Source of the DNA: Octopus sinensis | Lineage: Eukaryota | Length of the DNA stretch: 64,000 bases | Direction: 5' to 3' | NCBI RefSeq assembly: GCF_006345805.1 | Contig: NC_042997.1 | Span: forward strand, 207,700,001-207,764,000 | Made by a program: the position numbers and the translations under genes | Notes under the pieces: generated by a model | Told to the model about the DNA's origin: nothing | Database searches by the model: none | What the model saw: the letters and a program-made list of their open reading frames with translations, nothing else | Part shown: piece by piece, positions 12,572 through 23,094 of the stretch | Numbering within the stretch: the stretch's first letter is position 1 | How the letters are laid out: every line of letters begins with the position of its first letter

Positions 12572-12975
12572 GGCGCAGGAGTGGCTGTGTGGTAAGTAGC
12601 TTGCTAACCAACCACATGGTTCCGGGTTCAGTCCCACTGCGTGGCATCTTGGGCAAGTGTCTTCTGCTATAGCCCCGGGCCGACCAATAACTTGTGAGTG
12701 GATTTGGTAGACCGAAACTGAAAGAAGCCCATCGTATATATGTATATATATATATATATATATGTGTGTGTTTGTGTGTCTGTGTTTGTCTCCCTAGCAT
12801 TGCTTGAAAACCGATTCTGGTGTGTTTACGTCCCCGTCACTTAGCGCTTCGGCAAAAAGGGACCGATAGAATAAGTACTGGGCTTACAAAGAATAAGTCC
12901 CGGGGCCGATTTGCTCGACTAAAGGTGGTGCTCCAGCATGACTGCAGTCAAATAACTGAAACAAGTAAAAGAGTA
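12572..12975 (+). mobile_element. tRNA-derived SINE, full length
   Basis: ggcgcaggagtggctgtgtgg head, internal (TA)/(TG) tract, aaacaagtaaaagagta tail; ends ~30 nt before the exon acceptor at 13007. Confidence 0.88.
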
Positions 12976-13007
12976 ATATACATATATATCTTTTTTTCTC
13001 TTCTTAG

Positions 13008-13276
13008 CCACAGCATTTGGTGAAGGTGTTTATTTTGCCAAAGACATCAAATATTCTGCAAGTGATACCTATTCTACTCCTGACCATCACAGAATAAAGA
13101 GGATATACCAATGCAGTGTTCTTGTGGGAAAAGTGATACAAGGACAACACAGATTGAAAGTTTTACAGGAATCTTACAATTCTGCTGTTAATAATATTCA
13201 AACACCCAGTATTTATATTATTTTCCATGACTCTCAAGCATATCCTAATTATTTGATTACATTCTCTAATCAGTGA
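13008..13276 (+). CDS. PARP14-like: Gene 1 terminal exon: PARP catalytic domain, C-terminal half ((A)TAFGEGVYFAKDIKYSASDTYS...TPSIYIIFHDSQAYPNYLITFSNQ*)
   Basis: Acceptor ttttctcttcttag|CC. Phase 1 joins the exon ending at 249 to give RN-A-TAFGEGVYFA; 269 nt open to TGA. GxGVYFA, YS..DTYS, VLVG and AYPxYLITF motifs match PARP14/15. Not in the ORF track. Confidence 0.93.
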
Positions 13277-13395
13277 ATATAATTGGAATTCATAAAACAC
13301 ATATAATGTGAACAGGAATATATTTAACAGAAGAAAGACAAAGAAAATACAGGAAATTCTCTAATTCTAGGTGCAACCCCAGGGTCTTTTGTAAG

Positions 13396-13401
13396 AATAA
13401 A
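13396..13401 (+). terminator. Candidate polyadenylation signal for gene 1
   Basis: AATAAA 120 nt after the stop codon. Confidence 0.45.
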
Positions 13402-13504
13402 ACTATTCAATAGAATATTTTTCTATCATTCACACAGTGTTGTTGTCATTTTCTATCTTTTTTTACTTTAGAAATAATTATTGCTAAATATTAAAATACA
13501 TGAA

Positions 13505-14060
13505 GGTGCCTGGCTCAGTGGTTAAAGCATCAGGCTCACAATCATGAGGTAATGAGTTCAATTTCCAGGTCGGGTTGTGTGTTATGTTCTTGAGCAAGAC
13601 ACTTTCTTTCACAATGCTCCTTGTTCAGTGAGCTGTAGCAATGAGTTTCCACATCACTGGTGCCAAGCTGTATCGGCCCCTTTGCCTTTCCCTTGGATAA
13701 CATTGGTGGTGGGGAGAGAGGAGGCTGGTATGGATGAGTGACTACTGGTCTTCCATAAACAAACCTTGCCTGGACTTGTGCCTAGGAGGAGAACTTTCTA
13801 GGTGCAATCCCACGGTCATTCATGACTGAAAGGGGTTCTTTACCCTTTTAATATAGAATGCAGGCTGAAGGCGGCAAGCTAGCAGAAGCATTAGCATGCT
13901 GGGCAAAATGGTTAGCAGCATTCCCTCTGGCTTTACGTTCTGAGTTCAAATTCCATCAAGGTTGACTTTGCTCTTCATCTTTTCCGGGGTCTATAAAATA
14001 AGTACCTGTTGAACACTGGGGGTCAATATAATCAACTCACCCCTTACCTTGAAATTGCTG
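13505..14060 (+). mobile_element. Two further degenerate SINE copies of other families
   Basis: tRNA-like head ggctcagtggttaaagc...gagttcaatt at ~13512. Second element ggcggcaagctagcagaa...gagttcaaattcc...aataagtacc at ~13870, related to 24617-24790 and 36000-36290 (reverse). Confidence 0.65.
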
Positions 14061-14254
14061 GCCTTGATCTCTCTCTCTCTAATTAAAATTTAATCTTACG
14101 TTATTTTACGAAATTTGCATTTTAATCATCTGCAGACACCCATTTGAATATGTTTCCGTTTCATCCATTCACTCATGGCCAGGCTGTGAAGCAGAATTGT
14201 TTATTTATAGTTGTATAAAGGAAAGGGGAATGATACAGAGGTGTGCTCAGAGAA

Positions 14255-14675
14255 ACACCTTACCTCAAATACCTGTTAACGACTTTATTTGGTACACCTT
14301 ACCTCAAATACCTATTAATGACTCTATTTAGTACATCTTACATCAAATACCTCTTAACATCTCTGTTTCATACACCTTACCTCAAATACCTGTTAACAAC
14401 TCTGTTTTGTACACCTTACTTCAAATACCTGTTAATGACTCTATTTGGTACAACTTACCTGAAATACCTATTAATGACTCTATTTAGTACATCTTACATC
14501 AAATACCTCTTAACAACTCTGTTTTGTACACCTTACTTCAAATACCTGTTAATGACTCTATTTGGTACAACTTACCTGAAATACCTCTTAATGACTCTAT
14601 TTGGTACACCTTACCTGAAATACCCCTTAACAACTCTATTTGGTACATCTTACTTCAAATGCCTGTTAGCGATTC
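14255..14675. repeat. 39-bp minisatellite, ~10.8 copies
   Basis: Unit acaccttacctcaaatacctgttaacgactctatttggt; unit starts at 14255 and at 14645 (=14255+10x39). Confidence 0.95.
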
Positions 14676-15094
14676 ACATATTTTATTTCCTATCAAAACC
14701 AGTTTAAATATAAGAAAACAGTTTGATTGCTTAAAAGGTGACAGAACTGTAGGTAAAGAATATGGATAACTGATTTGAATGGAGAAGGCCACTGGTATTT
14801 GCTGACATTGCAATCATGGCAAGACACATTCAACAACAAAGTTTTGAACTGGGAACAGACACAAATAAAAGTAAATAAATATTGTAAAATATTTCGTCTC
14901 CTATAAACATGTCTGCCACTGTATAAACATAACTGATGATGTTAAACATCAAATTCACACATGTTTGGCAATTGTTTTCTGAAAGGAAAATACTTCAATA
15001 GCAACACGAACAACACATTGCTTCTTCAAGACCATTATAATGCCATAGGATAAGAGAAATGGTCAAATAGAGTATTAAAGAAATATATTTCTTA

Positions 15095-15695
15095 GACAGG
15101 TGTAAGATAGTGTCAATGAGACAGTGTGTGGCAGAGTATATCTGAGAGAGTGTCAGACATTGCATCTGGGACAGTTCAAGGCAACGAAAATGAGACAGTG
15201 TGTGGCAGAGTATATCTGAGAGTGTCAGACATTGCATGTGGGACAGTTCAAGGCAACGAAAAATGAGACAGTGTGAGGTAGTGTCCATGAGACAGTGTGT
15301 GGGAGAGTATATCTGAGAGAGTGTCAGGCATTGCATGTGGGACAGTTCAAGGCAACGAAAGTGAGATAGTGTGAGGTAGTGTCAATGAGACAGTGTGTGG
15401 GAGAGTATATCTGAGAGAGTGTCAGACTTTGCATGTGGGACAGTTCAAGGCAACGAAAAGGAAATAGTGTGAGGTAGTGTATATGAGACAGTGTGTGGGA
15501 GAGTATATCTGAGAGAGTGTCAGACATTGCATGTGGGACAGTTTAAGGCAACGAAAGTGAGATAGTGTGAGGTAGTGTCAATGAGACAGTGTGTGGGATA
15601 GCATATCTGTGAGAGTGTCAGACATTGCATGTGGGACAGTTCAAGGCAACGAAAATGAGACAGTGTGAGGTAGGGTCAATGGGACAGTGTGTGGG
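15095..15695. repeat. Minisatellite with 74-bp and 98-bp unit variants
   Basis: tgagacagtgtgtgg recurs at 15117, 15191, 15288, 15386, 15484 and 15582. Confidence 0.92.
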
Positions 15696-15699
15696 AGAG

Positions 15700-17835
15700 C
15701 CGAATGTTGACCCAACAGAGGGACCAGCTATCCGAGTTGACAGTACCTTTGTTGATAAAGCAATTAAGAGTATGAAGACTGGGAAAGCCCCAATCCATCA
15801 GGAATCACTGCAGAGATGCTTGAAATATCTGGTGGTGTCGGCTATATTCTAGTCACCTGTATAGTTAACCAAGTGATACATGAGGGAGTCATACCCAATG
15901 ACTGGTGTAGCAGCACCATAGTCAACTGCTACAAAGGTAAAGGTGATGCATTAGATACTATAATTACAGATGTATCAAGTTGTTGGATCAGGTAATGAAG
16001 GTTACAGAGAGGGTTGTAACCCAACTAATTTGGGAGAGAGTTAGTTCAGACGAGATGCAGTTTGGGTTTGTGCCAGGGAAACGCGCGACTGATGCTATAT
16101 TTCTGGTAAGACAGCTGCAGGAGAAATACCTAGCCAAAGATAAACCTCTGTACCTGGCTTTTGTTGATATGGAGAAAGCCTTTGACAGGGTGCCCCAATC
16201 CTTTATCTGGTGGTCAATGAGGAAACTAGGGATAGATGAATGGTTAGTGAGAGCTGTGCAAGCCATGTACAGGGATGCTGTCAGTAAGATAAGGGTCGGC
16301 AATGAGTATAGTGAAGAATTCCTGGTAGAAGTAGAGGTTCACTAAGGATTGGTCTTCAGGCCCCTTTCATAGTCGTCCAGACAATAAAAGAGGAATTCAA
16401 GACAGTCTGCCCTTGGGAGCTTCTCTATGCTGATGACCTTGCTCTAATAGCTGACTCACTACCAGAACTAGAGAAGACATTTCAGGTGCGAAAGCAAGGT
16501 CTAAAAATTGAAGGGCCTTAGAGTCGATCTAGCAAAAACCAAAGCCTTAGTAAGAAGGCAGACATCCCATAAATCCCTTCAGATAGATGGCCCTGCTCAA
16601 TTTGTAGGAAATGTGTAGATAGAAACTCCATAAGATGTACCCAGTATAAGATATAGACACATGAGAGATGCAGCAATATCAAAGTGGTGGGGCTAACTGG
16701 GAAATTAGTTTTTGTGTGTGGCAGATGCTCAGAAGCAATAAACACTGAAGATGTGCAGAAAACAATTTACATCACATTCCAGGGTGAAAAACTAGAAGTA
16801 GTTGATAGCTTCTGTTAACTAGGTGACCAACCCAGTAGTAGGGGGTGAATGCTCTGAGAGCATAACTGTTAGAATAAGCATATCCTAGGCAAAGTTCAGA
16901 AAGCTCCTACCTCTGCTGGTAACAAAGGGTCTCTCACTCAGAGTGAAAGGCAGACTGTATGACGCATGCATGTGAACAGTCATGCTACATGGGATGTGAC
17001 TGCTGAGGACATGCGTAAGCTTGCAATAAATGAAGGTTGTATGCTCCACTGGATGTGTAATGTCAGTGTGCATACACAACAGAGTGTAAGTGGCCTAAGA
17101 GAAGAGTTGGACTTAAGAAGCATCAGATGTGGTGTGCAAGAGAGACGACTGGTATGGTCATGAGACACTAATGGATGAGGTCAGTTGTGTGAAAAAGTGT
17201 CACACTCTAACAGTGGAGGGAACCTGTGGAAGTAGTAGACCCAGGAAGACCTGAGATGAGGTGGTGAAGCATGACCTTCAAACGTTGGGCCTCACGGCGG
17301 TGATGACAAGTGACTGAGACCTTTGGAGATACGCTGTGCTTGAGAAGACCAGGCGTGCCAAGTGAGCCCGTAGCTATGGCCTATGTCAGTGTCACAGAAC
17401 TGGCCCATTTAAGAGTACCCTTCAATCATTGAGCATTATGCTTGAGAAAACTTGATGAGTTAAGTGAAATCGTTGACGTGGCAGATGCCAGTCCCGCGAC
17501 TGGTACCCATGCTGGTGGCATGTAAAAAGCATTATTCAAGTGTAGTTATTGCTTGTGCTGCCTGACTGGCTCCCGTGCCTGGTGCACATAAAAAGCACCC
17601 TTCGAGCATGGTTGATGCCAGTGCCACCTAACTGGCCTCCGCACCGGAGGCACATTAAAAGCACCCACTACACTCTTGGAGTGATTGACGTTAGGAAAGG
17701 CATCCAGCTGTAGAAACTCTGCCAGATCAGACTGGAGCCTGGTGCAGCCTCCTGGCTTGCCAGTCCCCAGACAAGCTGTCCAACCCATGCCAGCATGGAA
17801 AGCGGACGTTAAACGACGACGACGATGATGATGAT
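15700..17835 (+). mobile_element. 5'-truncated, degenerate RTE LINE with 3' tail
   Basis: RT motifs FVDMEKAFDRVP and YADDL (ctatgctgatgacc), stops and frameshifts, (GAT)n tail at ~17815. Confidence 0.92.
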
Positions 17836-18290
17836 GGTGTTGACTATATGCATATAATCTGACACCAAGTGTTTGTAGTAACCACGCTACACATGTATTA
17901 TGTATGTGTATATACCATATGGCTTCGTGCTTTAGGCATTCGGCTCACGATCGTAAGGTCTTGAGTTCGAATCCTGTTGGAGTGTTGTCCTTGAGCAAGA
18001 CACCTTATTTCATTTTGGCAATCGATCGGAATAAGTCTCAGACTCGTCAAGATTCGTTCGTTAGTTTCCGTATGCGTGACAGCACGTGCCGTCAACAGTA
18101 AACCCATTGAATATTATCACTAATACGGCTTTTTCGATGCACATACATATACACACTTGTCTTCTGTATGTATACATGTGGGATGTCGATAACAGATACA
18201 ATGTAGCATTCGAAGCTTGAGAAAAGCCTTGCCTATTTATAAGGTCATTATTCAGTTCATTCCAAGATTTCTTGCCAATAAAGAACCAGT

Positions 18291-18703
18291 GGCGATCTTT
18301 CGTCTCTAGTAGACCTTTCCGTCGATTTCCGTAAAAAAATTTTTTTTACATATGGGCTTGCGGGAACTTTTGAAGTAATATACATACATATACACATACA
18401 CCGAGTAAAAAATTTCAATTATCTCTCTCTTTCACACATTACTCTCTCTGTCTCTTCACACACACTAACAGAAGCACTTCACTTACACAACATACTGTCT
18501 GTCTCCCACACCCCATCAAACACACACACACACACACACATATACATCAATGCTTCACATGCACGGTAACTTCAAAAGAACTTCCCTCCGCTTTCTCTTA
18601 GTCTCTTTCGCTCTCATTACTTCAAAAGTTCCCGCAAGCCCATATGTAAAAACAAAATAAAAGTTTTTTACGGAAATCGACGGAAAGGTCTACTAGAAAC
18701 GGG
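18291..18703. mobile_element. Long-TIR MITE (Mutator-like), right end clipped
   Basis: Starts ggcgatctttcgt; 18301-18380 is inverted at 18617-18701. Termini and interior are related to 23095-23781. Confidence 0.75.
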
Positions 18704-19589
18704 TATTTTTGTATGTATGTATGTATAATAATGATAATAATCGTGTACAGTGCTCAGGTGCACTACAACTCATCTAAAGTGTATATATAATCAGGTGTAG
18801 TTTCGGCAGATTTCGGAAAGCATGAGGGCCTTAAAGGATGCGCCCTTTTGTGCGTGTATGTGTATGCGGCTAGGGCTCGCCCTTACCTCCTTCATTTGTA
18901 TATGTAAAATCTGTAAATTTCCAAGAAGAAAACGAGATCGACGTCGAAAAATCCGTATTAGTGACAATATTTCATGCCTGCAGTTGACAAGAACGTGCTG
19001 TCACGTAGACGGAAACAAACGAACGAATCTGGACAAGTCTCAGACTTATTCCGATTGATTGCCCTTATTTTAAGTCGGTCCATTTCAGTCAACTGGCAGA
19101 AAATGAGGAGAACCTGAGAAATACATTAAGGCTACGTTGATCGGATTAGCTGGAACCTCTGTCGGTTTCAACCGGCGGAGGGCTAGTTTTGTGTGTGTGT
19201 GTATACGCGTGTAGCCACAAATTGAAGGTTTGAGGCGGGGAGGGGTCGACACGCCAATCAGTGGCCACCACTGGGGAAAATCAGATAAGTTTCAGCGAGG
19301 CGATTGACAAAACACTGAGAGTGAAATCCTACCTTACTTTCACCGTGTATTTCCCCTTAAAACTTTCTTTCTTTCGTTATCAGTTACTTCCTTTTGTACA
19401 TATATACTTACATACACACACACATATATATATTAGAAGGTTTGGAGATGATGTACAGCTATTTTATATTAGAAGAAATGAGATACTCAGAAGTTCGGAT
19501 GGTTTTATAGCTACAGATATTCATTTGTATATTACATGTTTTTATACATCATGTAACATATATTAGCGCTTTCGTTCATTATATATATG

Positions 19590-19622
<33 letters not shown>

Positions 19623-19909
19623 ATACATATGAGAAGAATTTAGCAAACACCAGAGCGTAAGCGAGCAAAACAAATGAAAAGTTCTGGTGTTTGCTAAATT
19701 CTTCTTAAGAACATTTCTTAGTGGTAAGACCATAGCTGATCTACTTCTAGCATAAGGGTTGTCCACATAGCGGTCATCCCTCTCATGTGTATATAATACA
19801 ATTTACTGAACCTTCAGATTTTAATATACTAGACCACTGGTGTTAAATTGATGTTAATTAAATTAATATCCAATTTCTCACCCTCATTTTAAATTTATTT
19901 ATATATATA

Positions 19910-20032
19910 TTATGGTGGGGTGGGCCGGTTTATGGGGTTACTCTGGGTTTCTCGCTCATATCTTCAGACCCCAAACACTGCTGCTGGCCTGAGACCTCGC
20001 ATAACCCCATAAACCGGCCTAACCCACTATAA
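19910..20032. mobile_element. Small MITE with ~31-bp TIRs
   Basis: ttatggtggggtgggccggtttatggggtta ... taaccccataaaccggcctaacccactataa. Confidence 0.7.
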
Positions 20033-20092
20033 TTTTAACTGCTCTACATCTTTAGAGTTTGCTTTTCCTCTGGATTTATATATTTCTACAAA

Positions 20093-20169
<77 letters not shown>

Positions 20170-20229
20170 GTGTTTTCTTCCCATTTTGTTTGTTGTAAAT
20201 GATAATAATAAACTTTTATCACAAAGTGT

Positions 20230-20376
20230 TCGTGGAAGTAAATTATGTTAAGAGAGGACAGAGGGGAAGTGTTTTTCTAGGAAAAACACTGATGTCATAC
20301 AAAGTTGTTGTCAAACCAATGAACAGCTTAAAAACCACCAAGTTTCAGTTTCGCTCAGAGCTGTGACGAGGTAAGT
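20230..20376 (+). promoter_or_regulatory. Putative gene 2 promoter: ETS-like GGAAGT x2, GAS TTCTAGGAA (20275-20283), CCAAT (20316-20320), ISRE AGTTTCAGTTTCGC (20341-20354) overlapping Inr TCAGTT, then donor AG|GTAAGT (20370/20371)
   Basis: Exact consensus matches clustered in ~140 bp of non-repeat sequence between gene 1's 3' end and gene 2's ATG exon. The link to gene 2 is inferred, with no transcript evidence. Confidence 0.55.
20347..20370 (+). other. Putative non-coding exon 1 of gene 2
   Basis: Inr-like TCAGTT (A at 20347) and a perfect 5' splice site gag|gtaagt. The 5' end is a guess. Confidence 0.4.
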
Positions 20377-21074
20377 TTTTAAAGTTTTACATCTTCCTAA
20401 TTTAATTTCTTTGATCCCGTCTCTCCATTGCTTTACAAATACTTTACAAAGTCGCTTTCAATTCTTTTATGCTCCTCACCACAACTCGAGTTCAAATCTT
20501 ACCCGGATTTGCTGTTTTCATTCTCCTGGAGCAGTCATTTGGTAGACAACGCTCCCGTCTTAAATATTGGTATTAAACTTACGTATGAGGGCATAATTTC
20601 ATTTTCGGTCAGTACTTTTTTTTTAAATTCCAGCTGGTTGTTCGGCAATTTCCGCAAAGAATTTCTGTTTTTAATTTACTTTTATTTTCATGCCCGGCGG
20701 AAGGTGACATTTGCTTTGAAGTCGGTGAGGGAGATGAGAAGTGAAACACATGATAGCGCGCACCGCCCCCCACCGACTGACTTTGAACAGTGAAACACTC
20801 GCACAATGCTTGTATGTATTAAAGTATATGAAAGATAATGGAGTGTACGTGTGTCTGTGTCCTGCTTTATGTATTTGAACTCACACACAAACACGCCCAC
20901 CCGGCAATCTTTCATATACATTTACATACAAGAAGCTTCCTTCATAACCACATGGTTCCAGGTTCAGTCCCACGGCGTGGTACCTTGGACAGGTGCCTTC
21001 TACTATCGTTTCGGGCCGACCAAAGCCATGTAAGTGGATTTGGTAGACGGAAACGAAAAGAAGTCCGTCGTTTA

Positions 21075-21157
<83 letters not shown>

Positions 21158-21344
21158 CGGAGATGTACTCGCATAGCAAGTAATTTGATCTGAGATCGTG
21201 TGCTGGAACGAAAACAATTGCAGCGTGGAAGGTGTTTATAAGCCATTTAAGAAACACACAAAAGCCGTTCGATTCACTCCAACATTTAAGTTTAATTTGT
21301 CAAAATATTTTCGTTTGTTTGTATATATATATATATATATATAT

Positions 21345-22131
21345 ATAACCACTGAGTTATATGTTTTGTCATTTATTTTCTCTGTAAACTGATAACAAAA
21401 CTTGCATACGACTTAAACATATTTATTTCTGTCGTTTATCAGAACATCATAAAATGGGCGAAAGTAAAGCGAGTTCACACCACCGAACTAACCAGTTTGC
21501 GCAGTAAAAAAATCTGGTTAAAAGCAATCAAGAATTTACAAACGATATTGTCGGTGTGTGGGGTCCCTCTTGCCGCCCTTTTTTCCGAACCAAAATAAGG
21601 GATTTGCTGCATATTAGGAAGTCGGATCGCCGTCCAGGGGTTCCGCAAGAAGTTACAAAACTGCTAAAATCAGCAGTAATTTTTAATTCACCTGTGCATA
21701 AGACAATTAAATTATTGCACAGGGGTTCCTCGAGCCAGTGGAATGTTTCCTTGGGGTTCCGCTCCAGCAAAAAGTTTGAAAAGCACTGGTTTATACAGAC
21801 ACATAAATGAAATCACGTAAATACATATACACATACATTATATATACACACACAAAAATACCTGTACATACGTACACACACATACATACACCACATGCCA
21901 CGGGCGTAGTGGTTCAGAGCGCGGACTACTAAGCCCAAGATTTCGAGTTCGATTTCAGGCAGTGACCATAATAATAATAACAATAACTACAATAACATCG
22001 AAAAATACCTTAGGAATGAGAAGCCAGGTTCGAAATTTCCCCAAGACACCTGGAGAAGGTTGGAGGGTATATCAGCCGAAACGTTAACAACAAACAAAAT
22101 GAGGAACAAATATCCGTCAAATGTAAATAAC

Positions 22132-22185
<54 letters not shown>

Positions 22186-22915
22186 TTGTCTCCCCACCAC
22201 CATCGCTTCACAACCGGTGTTGGTATGTTTACATCCCCGTAACTTAGCGGTTCAGCAAAGGTGCCGATAGAATAAGTACTAGGCTTACAAAGAATAAGTC
22301 CTGGGATCGATTTCTTCGACTAAAGGCAGTGCTCCAGCATGAGCGCTGTTAAATGAATTAAATAAATACAAGAATATATACATGCATTTTTTGTATGTAT
22401 GTATGTGTGTGTACGTATGTACATGTATTTTTGTGTGTGTATATATAATGTATGTGTATATGTATTTACGTGATTTCATTTATGTGTCTGTATAAACCAG
22501 TGCTTTTCAAACTTTTTGCTGGAGCGGAACCCCAAGGAAACATTCCACTGGCTCGAGGAACCCCTGTGCAATAATTTAATTGTCTTATGCACAGGTGAAT
22601 TAAAAATTACTGCTGATTTTAGCAGTTTTGTAACTTCTTGCGGAACCCCTGGACGGCGATCCGACTTCCTAATATGCAGCAAATCCCTTATTTTGGTTCG
22701 GAAAAAAGGGTGACAATTTTGTAAATTCTTGATTGCTTTTAACCAGATTTTTTTACTGCGCAAACTGGTTAGTTCGGTGGTGTGAACTCGCTTTACTTTC
22801 GCCCATTTTATGATGTTCTGATAAACGACAGAAATAAATATGTTTAAGTCGTATGCAAGTTTTGTTATCAGTTTACAGAGAAAATAAATGACAAAACATA
22901 TAACTCAGTGGTTAT
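21345..22915. repeat. Large near-perfect inverted repeat (arms ~546 and ~520 bp, ~500-bp spacer)
   Basis: 21345-21890 is the reverse complement of 22396-22915 apart from one ~25-bp indel and a few substitutions. Each arm includes a hAT-MITE-like cagtgcttttcaaactttttg...gcggaacccc segment. Confidence 0.93.
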
Positions 22916-23094
22916 TTCGCCCCTCGTATCATTAACGACTGGTAAAGTAAGTTACCTCCCCATGTTTCTTAATATTCGCGAATATTTCCGTTTCTTTTAT
23001 TTTTTAGTATAAAATATTTTAAAATATTAAAAAAATTTTTTTGCATACTTCATTCATTTTGGATATATTTCCCATTTTCATATTAAAAAAAAAA

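Noticed and set aside
12572-12650. tRNA gene candidates (also at 9755, 13512, 17920, 21900 and 31343)
   Set aside because: Only A/B-box-like heads continuing into SINE bodies; no complete cloverleaf.
14255-14675. CRISPR-like appearance of the 39-bp array (likewise the 56-, 98- and 166-bp arrays)
   Set aside because: Units are contiguous with no unique spacers, there are no cas genes, and the context is a spliced eukaryotic locus.
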